Below are positions 36,733 through 46,045 of a DNA stretch of 64,000 nucleotides, piece by piece. Both the position numbers and the translations under genes were made by a program. The DNA is from Flavobacterium sp. (GTDB lineage: Bacteria; Bacteroidota; Bacteroidia; Flavobacteriales; Flavobacteriaceae): positions 6,776 to 70,775 of the forward strand of contig NZ_JBIIVK010000007.1 in assembly GCF_044339515.1 (NCBI RefSeq), in the 5' to 3' direction. Position 1 is the stretch's first letter. Each line of letters opens with the position of its first letter. The notes beneath the pieces were generated by a model. That model was not told the DNA's origin, searched no databases, and saw nothing but the letters and a program-made list of their open reading frames with translations.

Positions 36733-39503
36733 ATGGCAAAAAATTTAACTTTCGATCAAGAGCTTCGTAGTCTTCAAAAATATATTGAAAGTAACGAAAA
36801 TGAAGATGCAAAAAGACAATTGCTATATCCATTATTTACAAAACTCTTTAAAGATAAATTTAAAATTGAATCTGCTCAAAATACTCACGGAGCAGATGGA
36901 TATGTTGAAGGACAACTTATTGTTGAAGCCAAAACAAATTTTACACAGTGGCTTGATGGCTTTTATCAAGCATTACATTATAAAAAGAAATTTGTCTTTC
37001 TTATAATTCTATTATGGTTATTTCAAATGAGTTTTGTGCCATTTGGAAAATTAAAAACTTACCGGAATATGCTGTGATTTTATCTCACAGTGCTGATGCG
37101 AATCTTGCTCCAAGCACAGTGGGGAAAGAAAATGCGAGAAAAACTGCCAACAACAATAAACTTTTAATCAAAGAAGCAGCTCAATATTGGCTTGATCCTA
37201 AAGACTTAAAGGGAGAACTTTTTAATGGAAGGAAAAGTTTAATTACAGAAACTTACGAAATTTTAAAAGTTCTTAAGAATCTTGATTCCGAAAGAATACT
37301 TGTAAATAAACACAATTTTATTCATGCTATTGAGCGAATGAAATTCTTTTTTGAGAATCCAATTGATGCTGTTCATGCATTTTATTCTATAATTCCATAT
37401 TGGGATATTACGTCTTCGGTTGCAGAAAATGACAACACAGAAACCATTCAAGTTATCGGTTATTCTGGCAAGAAAGCATCAGAAAATATTAACATTATTA
37501 CCAAGCATAAAAAGGAATTTATCAAGTTTATTGAAACCCAATATATTTTTACAAATGAAGGTTCGGGATTAACGGTTGATTATTATTTTTCTCGTTTTGA
37601 TGAGGTTTTGGCAGCTATTGATCCAGAATATGTAAAACAACACGGAATATTTTTTACCGATGATAACTTAAGTAAGTTTGCACTTTGGTTTGCTAAAAAT
37701 GAAGTATTTGAAACGATTCATGAAAATTATGTAGTTTTCGATCCAGCAGGAGGTTCGGGTAACTTAATTAGCAGTTATAAAGGAAAATTAAAACATAAAA
37801 TCATTTCGGAACTTCAACCTGATTTATTGAAGATTATTGAAAAAAGGATGAAAGCCGATCCTTGGCATATTGAAACCGGTTTTACCATTGTACCCAAAAC
37901 AGCTGAAAACGAAGGTCTAAATTTTCTTGACCGAAGCGGTGCCGATTATTACAACGAATTAGAAAAAGCAGTTTTAAAAAACACAAACAAAGGAATTGAT
38001 AAACCATTGGCTTTTTTATTAAATCCACCGTATAAAAATACAGATGAAAATGTTTCTGCTCGTGAAAAATCGGATGCGGAATATGAAATAAATACTGATA
38101 TCCTTGCACTTACGGGTGCAGACGCTGGGAAAGAACGCTATTTAGCTTTTCTTGGGCAAATTTTAAACATTTGCAAAGCACAAACCGAAAAATTACCCGA
38201 TGCAAAACCATTGGTAATGATTTTTACACCAACTTCTTGGTTAATTCCTCGTCCAACATACAAACAATTTAGAAAAACTTGGGATGAAAATTTTACCTAC
38301 TTAAATGGTTTCATCACTACAAGTAATGAGTTTTTTAAACTAAAAGGGAAATGGCCTTTGGCTTTTACCATTTGGCAATATGAACCAAATGAAGAAAGAG
38401 AAAACAAAGTAAAAGTTTTAGATTTAACCCAAGTAAAGAAAAATGATTTAGCTTTCAATTGGAATGATATTGACGAGGAATTAAACCCTATTGTTGAAAG
38501 TTATTTAAACACATTCTGTTCTTTAGAAATTTCTGATAAAAGATTTTCTCTGAGAGACAGTTTGCCTGAAATTAAAACAAAGGCAGGTAAATATGTTAGA
38601 CAGCCAAGATTAAATTTATATAGAAATCCGTCAAAAAATGAAAAAGCAAATGGAAATGAAAATGGTTTTGCTTTAAATGACACAAAACATAATGGTTTGA
38701 GTGCACCTCATGGCTATTCCAATGGAAATTTTATTGGATTTATGGAAGACAATGCCTTGGTTAGATGTAAAGAAGATACATGTAATAGGTTGTCATATAA
38801 TCCTGATAGAGTTTGGTTCAAACTTGATCATATGTTTGTAAATATCAACATAACTAGAATTCAAAGTGGAACACCAGACCAATTTGGATATTGTGCATAC
38901 GATTTACCCACTTCTGAAGTATGTTTCACTTGGTTTGCTATTGCTAAAAATTTAGTTGGAAAATATCCAACTTGGGCAAATCAATATGATTTATGGAAAC
39001 CAAATATTTCAGAAAATTTAAAAGAAGATTGGTTTGCATTATGTTATGCTTTTGGCCTAGCAGAAAACCGTTGTGTGGTTACCAAGTTTGAAAAAGACAA
39101 TCCAGTTGTTGGTACACCGGAAGTGTGGGTTGATAATCCTATGAGTCCAAACAATCAGGAAAGTTTTTATAGAACTACTTTGCAAAAGGAAATCAAAAAA
39201 TCTAAATCAGTTGCCAATGATTTAGCAACAACTATTGAAGAATTTTATCAATATTGGAATTTGAATTATACTAAAGGTCAAATTTTAGAAAATGTAGGTT
39301 TGCATGAAGAAGCTTATTTTAAATATTTTGATTATCTAGATTTTGTAACCAAAGACAGCGGATTAATTCAAATAAAAAAATATGCTGAGGTTAATGAGTG
39401 CTCAGATTTATTAGAAAAAACAGTATTGATTTCAGAAAAAACTAAATTAGTGAAGGAAGAAATCTATAGAATGTTAATTGAAGATTTTAAGTATTTTGAG
39501 TAA
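36733..39503 (+). pseudogene. Type IIG-like restriction-modification fusion (PD-(D/E)xK nuclease + N6-adenine MTase + TRD), split by a -1 frameshift near 36982-36995
   Basis: ORF 36733-37077 has ADGY...IVEAK. ORF 37014-39503 has VFDPAGGSGNL and LNPPY. The second frame is open from 36984; joined product about 923 aa. Confidence 0.75.
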
Positions 39504-40373
39504 ATGGGTAAAACAGCCACAACAGTTGAAGAACAAATAGTATTGCTTCAAAGCAGAGGAATGGTATTTGATTGTGAAATAGAAAAAGTAAAAGAAACCC
39601 TGCTCGATATTGGTTACTATCGTTTAGGTTTTTATTCGTACTATTTTCAGGATAGAATGACACATCATTTTACAACTCACGTTCATTTTAATGATATAAT
39701 CAAACTTTACTATTTTGATTTTGATATGAAAATGTTACTCCTTAGATACATTTATAGAGTAGAAGTTCATTTTCGTACGCAATTGTTATATTACGCATCA
39801 AATCATTATAAAGACAATAACACTTGGTACGTTGACCCTAAAATAGTTGACAACTCTATTTTAAAAGAATTCAACACTATTTATTTTATCTTAAAAACTA
39901 AAAACAAAAGTCTGATAAAACATCATGTTAAATATCCAAGTGATTTTGCACCAGCCTGGAAAGTTTTTGAATTTTTAACATTTGGCCAAATTTATAAACT
40001 GTTCTCCAGCCTTAAAAATACAGAACTAAAAAAACAAATAGCAGCAGTATATGGTTTTAGAGAGGTTTCTTTGTTGGACAATTATTTAATATCAATTATT
40101 AACATTAGAAATATATGCTCACATAATGGCGTACTTTTTGATTATAATCAGCCAATTGGTATAAAAAGAATTCCTAATTTAAAGTACAGAATTAAAAACT
40201 GGAATAATACAAATTTAAATGCTTCATTACGATTGATACTTTTCATATTGAGTAAAGTATCTAAAAATAGAGCTAATGATTTAGAACAAGAAATAAAGAT
40301 TTTACTAGAAACTACATCGGAGAACGAACTTGTAAAAAACATAATTAATTCTAAAATAAAGTTTGATTTATAA
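39504..40373 (+). CDS. Abi_2 (AbiD/AbiF-like) HEPN-domain abortive-infection protein
   Basis: TVEEQIVLLQSRG...IGYYRL N-terminus, PAWKVFEFLTFG, HEPN motif RNICSH; ATG directly after the RM stop (TAAATG). Confidence 0.9.
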   Translation: MGKTATTVEEQIVLLQSRGMVFDCEIEKVKETLLDIGYYRLGFYSYYFQDRMTHHFTTHVHFNDIIKLYYFDFDMKMLLLRYIYRVEVHFRTQLLYYASNHYKDNNTWYVDPKIVDNSILKEFNTIYFILKTKNKSLIKHHVKYPSDFAPAWKVFEFLTFGQIYKLFSSLKNTELKKQIAAVYGFREVSLLDNYLISIINIRNICSHNGVLFDYNQPIGIKRIPNLKYRIKNWNNTNLNASLRLILFILSKVSKNRANDLEQEIKILLETTSENELVKNIINSKIKFDL

Positions 40374-40391
40374 ATTTTTTAATTACCTTTG
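40362..40391 (+). promoter_or_regulatory. Bacteroidota sigma70 promoter for the RNA downstream of abi
   Basis: TTTG (40362-40365), 18 nt, TACCTTTG (40384-40391), matching TTG..TAnnTTTG. Confidence 0.75.
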
Positions 40392-40396
40392 TACCC

Positions 40397-40485
40397 TCAA
40401 AGTGCACTACTATACAAGCTGCTATAGATGAGCACTATAAAATAAGAAAGTAAACCCAGACATTTTTTTGCTCTGGGTTTTTTTT
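40397..40485 (+). ncRNA. Candidate ~90-nt structured RNA (putative AbiF-type RNA antitoxin)
   Basis: Own promoter; AGTGC/GCACT and CTATA/TATAG stem-loop; terminator; no ORF. Confidence 0.65.
40452..40485 (+). terminator. Intrinsic terminator
   Basis: AAACCCAGA-N11-TCTGGGTTT followed by a T-run. Confidence 0.85.
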
Positions 40486-40618
40486 ATGTTTTGTATTGTA
40501 TCAATTCCACCAATACATTCATAATCAAAACTAATTTTCAATTAACACGACTTTAAGTTTTAAATTTTTAAATTTGCAATGTTAAATAAACAAATAATAA
40601 TCAATAAAAAAATATAAA

Positions 40619-40936
40619 ATGGCATTAGCAATTACAGACGCTACTTTTGATGAAGTAGTTTTAAAATCAGACAAACCGGTGGTAGTAGATTTTTGGGCAG
40701 CTTGGTGCGGACCATGTAGGATGGTTGGACCGGTTATCGATGAAATCGCAACAGAATATGAAGGAAAAGCGGTTGTTGGAAAAGTGGACGTAGATGCAAA
40801 CCAAGAATTTGCTGCAAAATATGGCGTGAGAAATATTCCAACGGTATTAGTTTTTCAAAATGGTGAAGTGGTAGGAAGACAAGTAGGAGTAGCTCCAAAG
40901 AAAAATTATACCGATGCAATTGATGCGTTGTTATAA
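40619..40936 (+). CDS. trxA: Thioredoxin
   Basis: FWAAWCGPC, VDVD, IPT. Confidence 0.97.
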   Translation: MALAITDATFDEVVLKSDKPVVVDFWAAWCGPCRMVGPVIDEIATEYEGKAVVGKVDVDANQEFAAKYGVRNIPTVLVFQNGEVVGRQVGVAPKKNYTDAIDALL

Positions 40937-40955
40937 TTTTTAATAAAAATAAATT

Positions 40956-40986
40956 TGAAGGTCTGATGAAAATCAGGCCTTTTTTA
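40956..40986 (+). terminator. Intrinsic terminator after trxA
   Basis: AAGGTCTGAT-GAAA-ATCAGGCCTTTTTTT. Confidence 0.8.
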
Positions 40987-41044
40987 ATGCTTAACTTTTC
41001 TTTATCTTTGAATCGAACCAATTTGGTACATAGATAAAGAAAAG

Positions 41045-41971
41045 ATGATGATTGAACAACAAAAAGAACTCATTTCTGGTTTTAAACATTTAGAATTATT
41101 AGCCAATCAAGTGGTGGAAGGCTTTATTTCAGGAATGCACAAATCGCCATTTCACGGATTTTCAGCAGAATTTGCCGAGCATAAAGTGTATAACAAAGGC
41201 GAAAGTACCAAACACATTGATTGGAAATTATTTGCTAAAACCGACCGTTTATATACCAAACGATATGAAGAAGAAACTAATTTGCGATGTCATTTGATTA
41301 TCGATAATTCTTCTTCCATGCATTTCCCTCAATTGGAATCGGGACAGCCGTTTTATGAGAGTAAAATTGGTTTTTCAGTTTTAGCAGCTGCCGTTTTAAT
41401 GAATTTGCTCAAAAAACAACGGGATGCAGTGGGATTAAGTGTTTTTTCAGACACCTATGAATATTATGCTCCTGAAAAAGGTAGTGATCGCCACCATCGT
41501 ATGATTTTAAACAAATTAGAAGATTTATTGGAAAATTCCAAAGTGGCCAAACCAACCGAAACGGTTACTTTTTTACATCAAATTGCCGAAAAAATGCACC
41601 GTCGTTCAATGATTGTTTTGTTTACGGATATGTTTCAAAATGGGGAAGAAGAAAAGCTATTCAACGCTCTACAACATTTAAAACATAATAAACACAAAGT
41701 AGTTTTGTTTCATGTGGTAGATGAAAAAAGAGAACTAAATTTCGATTTTGACAATACACCTCGTAAATTTATTGATGTAGAATCGGGTGAAACCGTCAAT
41801 TTATTTGCCGAAAACATCAAAGAAGTGTATGAAAAAAGTGTGGATTCCTATTTCAAAAAAGTTGCCATGACGTGTGCTCAGAACAAAATAAAATATGTTC
41901 CGGTCAATGTTGGAGCCAATTTTGAAAAAATTCTCACGACATATTTAGTTGAAAAACAAATGTTTGGATAG
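41045..41971 (+). CDS. DUF58 (vWA-like) protein
   Basis: GMHKSPFHGFSAEFAEHKVY, IDWK, YEEETN, DNSSSM. Confidence 0.9.
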   Translation: MMIEQQKELISGFKHLELLANQVVEGFISGMHKSPFHGFSAEFAEHKVYNKGESTKHIDWKLFAKTDRLYTKRYEEETNLRCHLIIDNSSSMHFPQLESGQPFYESKIGFSVLAAAVLMNLLKKQRDAVGLSVFSDTYEYYAPEKGSDRHHRMILNKLEDLLENSKVAKPTETVTFLHQIAEKMHRRSMIVLFTDMFQNGEEEKLFNALQHLKHNKHKVVLFHVVDEKRELNFDFDNTPRKFIDVESGETVNLFAENIKEVYEKSVDSYFKKVAMTCAQNKIKYVPVNVGANFEKILTTYLVEKQMFG

Positions 41972-42009
41972 CTACTTTAAATAACGTCCAAAAAAAGTAA
42001 AAAAAACAC

Positions 42010-42039
42010 TTGCAGATATAGAAATACGTTGTATATTTG
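42010..42039 (+). promoter_or_regulatory. Promoter of tRNA-Asp
   Basis: TTG-N19-TATATTTG. Confidence 0.85.
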
Positions 42040-42057
42040 CAACCGCAATAAAGCGAA

Positions 42058-42131
42058 GGTTTGGTAGTTCAGTTGGTTAGAATACATGCCTGTCACGCAT
42101 GGGGTCGCGGGTTCGAGTCCCGTCCAGACCG
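42058..42131 (+). tRNA. tRNA-Asp (GTC)
   Basis: Acceptor GGTTTGG/CCAGACC, anticodon arm CATGC-CTGTCAC-GCATG, GTTCGAG T-loop; no encoded CCA. Confidence 0.97.
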
Positions 42132-42315
42132 CTAAAATTGGGAAAATTTTTAAAAGCACTTTGGTAACAAAGTGCTTTTTTGCCCAAAAAAGCATTGAAA
42201 ATAGTTGTGTTGTTTTGGACGACCGAAAGGAAGTCCTGGTTTAGTAGTTAGACCAATGAAAAGCTTTCCACTTTGTGGATAGCTTTTTTGATTTATAGTA
42301 GTTTCATACTCAGTT

Positions 42316-42341
42316 TGTCATTCCGACGATAGGAGGAATCT
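42316..42341 (+). repeat. Single REP-like element
   Basis: TGTCATTCCGACGATAGGAGGAATCT (ATTCC/GGAAT stem). Confidence 0.6.
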
Positions 42342-42363
42342 CATTTAGAATTATTTCATTACG

Positions 42364-42936
42364 ATGATTATCCACCGCCACTTTTTACTCCACAAACCCT
42401 ACGGCTACCTCAGTCAGTTTGTCTATGAACTAAAACGAACCAAGAAGCTGTTGGGAGAATTACACAATTTTCCTCCGGGAACTATGGCAATTGGTCGTTT
42501 GGATGAAGATTCTGAAGGCTTAATCATTCTAACTACTGACGGAATGATGAGTGAAATAATACGAAGCAAAAAAGTAGAAAAAGAATATTATGCTCAAGTA
42601 GATGGCATTATTACTCAAGAAGCTGTCGAACAATTACAAAACGGTGTTTTAATTGGTTTTAAAGGAACCAAATACAAAACCAAAAAATGCCAAGCTAAGT
42701 TGATTGACAATCCAAATTTTCCGGCACGTTCACAAAAAATCCGCGATGAGCGTCACGGACCCACTTCTTGGGTTTCGATTACTTTAACCGAAGGAAAGTT
42801 TAGACAAGTTCGTAAGATGACCTCTGCGGTTGGTTTTCCCACGCTTCGTTTAGTTCGTGTACGAATTGGAAATTTTAACTTAGGCGATTTACAATCCGGT
42901 GAAGTGAAAGAAATTGATAGTGTTTTGGGAGTTTAA
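42364..42936 (+). CDS. RNA pseudouridine synthase (RsuA/RluE family)
   Basis: HKPYG, GRLDEDSEG, EGKFRQVRKM. Confidence 0.92.
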   Translation: MIIHRHFLLHKPYGYLSQFVYELKRTKKLLGELHNFPPGTMAIGRLDEDSEGLIILTTDGMMSEIIRSKKVEKEYYAQVDGIITQEAVEQLQNGVLIGFKGTKYKTKKCQAKLIDNPNFPARSQKIRDERHGPTSWVSITLTEGKFRQVRKMTSAVGFPTLRLVRVRIGNFNLGDLQSGEVKEIDSVLGV

Positions 42937-43008
42937 AAATATTCTTGTCTTAAAATCAGCGAATCAGTGGCTAAAATCAAATATGATTAGTAGGAAACAA
43001 TTAAATTA

Positions 43009-43485
43009 TTAACGATTCAACCACCAAATACTACCATTCAAAAGCGTCGCAAAACTTACCCAAAGTAAATACGGTATCAATAATTTACTGGCCAAAGCGT
43101 CAATCGGTTTAAATAATTTGATGGTTTCCAAAATCATCAACCAAAGCAACAAAATTTCAATGAAAGCCAAAAACGGATTGCACATTCCAAAAAACAAAAA
43201 ACTCCACAACGCATTTAAAATCAATTGAATGGCAAAAACCCACAGTGCTTTTTTTACTAAAAGAGGAACAACTTCCATTTTGCTCCAAACTAATCCGGCA
43301 CTCACGCCCATCATCACATATAAAAGTGTCCAAACCGGAGCAAATAACCAATTCGGTGGATTAAAGATAGGTTTGATTAACGTTGGATACCAAGTTTCAA
43401 TGGAAGATTGTGTAGCCATTCCGGCACCATAACCAACCGCTAAACAAACTATGACAGCAATCGCAATTTTGAGAGATTTTGACAT
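43009..43485 (-). CDS. tspO: TspO/MBR tryptophan-rich sensory protein
   Basis: WYPTLIKPIFNPPNWLFAPVWT, LNALWS, PYLLWVSFA. Confidence 0.95.
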   Translation of the reverse strand: MSKSLKIAIAVIVCLAVGYGAGMATQSSIETWYPTLIKPIFNPPNWLFAPVWTLLYVMMGVSAGLVWSKMEVVPLLVKKALWVFAIQLILNALWSFLFFGMCNPFLAFIEILLLWLMILETIKLFKPIDALASKLLIPYLLWVSFATLLNGSIWWLNR

Positions 43486-43570
43486 GGTAATTTTTATTCA
43501 AATGTAACAAATCTGTTGTCAAAAAAGAGGGAATCATTCAAAAAATGTATCTTTGTCAAAAATAAATTGC

Positions 43571-44659
43571 ATGCTTACGCCTTCTGATTTTATTCCGAAA
43601 AATTATTCTCAAACAATCGAAAAGGGCAGTTTTCAATGGTCAGCACCAAGCAACATTGCCTTAGTAAAATATTGGGGAAAAAAGGAAAATCAAATTCCTG
43701 CCAATCCATCCATTAGTTTTACGTTGAAAAATTGTAAAACCATTACAAATTTATCTTTTTCTAAAATTGACAAAACAGATCATTTTTCTTTCGATTTGTT
43801 ATTTGAAGGAAAACCAAAAGAATCGTTCCGACCGAAAATTCAAAAATTTTTGGAACGAGTGGAAGTGTATTTACCCTTTTTAAAAGACTATCATTTTACG
43901 ATTGATACACAAAATACTTTTCCACACAGTTCAGGAATTGCTTCTTCCGCCTCCGGGATGGCGGCCTTGGCAGTGAATTTTATGAGTTTAGAAAAAAAAT
44001 TAAATCCCGAAATGACGGACGAATATTTCAACCAAAAGGCTTCATTTTTAGCTCGTCTAGGTTCCGGTAGTGCTTGTAGAAGTGTAAAAGGCGAAGTAGT
44101 CATTTGGGGAAATCATCTGGAAACACAAAACAGTTCAGATTTATTTGGGGTTGAATTTTCAACACTTCATCCTAATTTTAAAAATTATCATGACACAATT
44201 TTACTGGTTGACAAAGGCGAAAAACAAGTTAGTAGTACGTTAGGTCACGATTTGATGAATGGTCATCCCTTTGCCGAAAAACGATTTGAACAAGCTCATC
44301 AGAATTTGTCGAAAATGAAAGCTATTTTAGCCAATGGAGAAGTTGACGAATTTGTAAAATTGGTTGAAAGTGAGGCATTAACTCTTCATGCTATGATGAT
44401 GACATCGATGCCGTATTTTATTTTGATGAAACCCAATACGCTGGAAATCATTAATAAAATTTGGAAATTTAGGGAGGAAACCGCTATTCCGGTTTGTTTT
44501 ACGTTGGATGCCGGTGCAAATGTGCATGTGTTGTATCCCGAAAACGTTAGAGAAGAAGTTTTGCAATTTATTAAGAATGAATTAGTTGTGTATTGTCAAA
44601 ACGAACAGTATATTTGTGACGAAATTGGAAACGGAGCTCAATTGATAATGCATAATTAA
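43571..44659 (+). CDS. mvaD: Diphosphomevalonate decarboxylase
   Basis: SNIALVKYWGK, GIASSASG, GSGSACRS, TLDAGANVH. Confidence 0.93.
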   Translation: MLTPSDFIPKNYSQTIEKGSFQWSAPSNIALVKYWGKKENQIPANPSISFTLKNCKTITNLSFSKIDKTDHFSFDLLFEGKPKESFRPKIQKFLERVEVYLPFLKDYHFTIDTQNTFPHSSGIASSASGMAALAVNFMSLEKKLNPEMTDEYFNQKASFLARLGSGSACRSVKGEVVIWGNHLETQNSSDLFGVEFSTLHPNFKNYHDTILLVDKGEKQVSSTLGHDLMNGHPFAEKRFEQAHQNLSKMKAILANGEVDEFVKLVESEALTLHAMMMTSMPYFILMKPNTLEIINKIWKFREETAIPVCFTLDAGANVHVLYPENVREEVLQFIKNELVVYCQNEQYICDEIGNGAQLIMHN

Positions 44660-44671
44660 CAATTGACAATT
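44640..44671. repeat. AATTnnn heptamer array, left of the four-helix-bundle gene
   Basis: AATTGAT AATGCAT AATTAAC AATTGAC AATT. Confidence 0.75.
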
Positions 44672-45028
44672 CTTGATATGGAGAAAAAAAATGTAATTAA
44701 AGAAAAATCTTTTGAATTCGCAGTAGAAATAGTTTACCTTTATAAGGTTTTAGTTGATAGAAGAGAATTTATTTTATCTAGACAGCTACTTCGTTCAGGA
44801 ACATCAATTGGTGCAAATGTGAGAGAAGCAGAACAAGCGGAAAGCAAAGCAGATTTTATTCACAAATTAGCAATTTCCTTGAAAGAAGCAAATGAAACAG
44901 AATATTGGTTAGATTTATTATTTGAAACAAAGTTTATAAATGAAATAGAATTTCATACTATAAAAGTTAAGAATATTGAGATTTTAAAATTGCTGACCAG
45001 TATTATAAACACATCAAAGTCAAAATAA
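44663..45028 (+). CDS. Four-helix-bundle protein (23S rRNA IVS / Avd-like family)
   Basis: QLLRSGTSIGANVREA, SKADFIHKLAISLKEANETEYWL. The start may be ATG 44678. Confidence 0.92.
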   Translation: MTILDMEKKNVIKEKSFEFAVEIVYLYKVLVDRREFILSRQLLRSGTSIGANVREAEQAESKADFIHKLAISLKEANETEYWLDLLFETKFINEIEFHTIKVKNIEILKLLTSIINTSKSK

Positions 45029-45061
45029 TTATCAATTATTAATTGTCAATTATAAATTAAA
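45027..45061. repeat. AATTnnn heptamer array, right of the four-helix-bundle gene
   Basis: AATTATC AATTATT AATTGTC AATTATA AATTAAA. Confidence 0.8.
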
Positions 45062-45062
45062 T

Positions 45063-46001
45063 ATGAAAGGACCACTTTTTTACTCAAAAATTCTTCTTTT
45101 CGGAGAATACGGAATCATCAAAGATTCAAAAGGGCTTTCGATTCCGTATAATTTTTATAACGGAGCATTGAAAGTGAGTGAAAATCCGTCACCTGAAGCT
45201 ATAAAATCCAACGAAAGTTTAAAGCGATTTGCGGTCTATTTAGCTCAATTGCAAACCGAACAACCGGAGTTGGTAACGTTCAATCTGGAAGTTTTAAATC
45301 AAGATATTGAAAGAGGAATGTACTTTGATTCCTCAATCCCACAAGGATATGGCGTGGGAAGTAGCGGAGCTTTAGTGGCTGCTATTTATGATAAATATGC
45401 CAATAATACCATCACGGTTTTAGAGAATTTAACCCGTGAAAAATTATTGCAACTAAAAAATATCTTTTCTCAAATGGAATCTTTTTTCCATGGTAAAAGT
45501 TCAGGATTAGATCCATTGAACAGTTATTTAAGTTTGCCAATTTTAATCAATTCCAAAGATAATATCGAGCCAACCGGAATTCCATCTCAGGTAGCCAATG
45601 GGAAAGGAGCTGTATTTTTGTTAGATTCCGGAATTGTTGGAGAAACAGCACCGATGGTCAACATTTTTATGGAAAATTTGAAAGACCAAGGTTTTCGTAC
45701 CATGCTGAAAAACCAATTTGTAAAATATACCGATGCCTGTGTAGAAAACTTTTTACAAGGCGACATGAAATCCCTTTTTAGTAACACTAAGAAGTTATCT
45801 AAAGTGGTATTGAATAATTTTAAACCCATGATTCCCGAACAATTTCATCAAGTTTGGCAAAAAGGGATTGACACAAACGATTATTATTTAAAATTGTGTG
45901 GTTCCGGTGGTGGTGGTTATATTCTAGGTTTTACTCAAGATTTGGAAAAGGCCAAAGCTTCCCTAAAAGACTATAAATTAGAAGTAGTTTATCAATTTTA
46001 A
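45063..46001 (+). CDS. mvk: Mevalonate kinase (GHMP family)
   Basis: KILLFGEY, IPQGYGVGSSGAL, SSGLDP, KLCGSGGGG. Confidence 0.9.
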   Translation: MKGPLFYSKILLFGEYGIIKDSKGLSIPYNFYNGALKVSENPSPEAIKSNESLKRFAVYLAQLQTEQPELVTFNLEVLNQDIERGMYFDSSIPQGYGVGSSGALVAAIYDKYANNTITVLENLTREKLLQLKNIFSQMESFFHGKSSGLDPLNSYLSLPILINSKDNIEPTGIPSQVANGKGAVFLLDSGIVGETAPMVNIFMENLKDQGFRTMLKNQFVKYTDACVENFLQGDMKSLFSNTKKLSKVVLNNFKPMIPEQFHQVWQKGIDTNDYYLKLCGSGGGGYILGFTQDLEKAKASLKDYKLEVVYQF

Positions 46002-46045
46002 TATATACAAAAATCAAGATAGGCCCTTGATTTTTGTCTTACACT

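Noticed and set aside
37014-39503. MTase as part of BREX, DISARM or a Type I system
   Set aside because: No partner genes (PglZ, BrxC, DrmA, HsdS/HsdR) are adjacent, and the N-terminal PD-(D/E)xK segment fits a single-chain Type IIG enzyme better.
39380-39503. Tandem-repeat (ToxI/AbiQ-like) antitoxin upstream of abi
   Set aside because: The upstream sequence is RM coding DNA with no repeats; the only RNA candidate lies downstream.
42132-42345. Region after tRNA-Asp as a prophage or island attachment scar
   Set aside because: It holds two terminator-like hairpins and one REP, but no duplicated tRNA 3' end and no integrase in the window.
44663-45028. Diversity-generating retroelement suggested by the Avd-like fold
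   Set aside because: No reverse transcriptase and no TR/VR repeat pair in the window.
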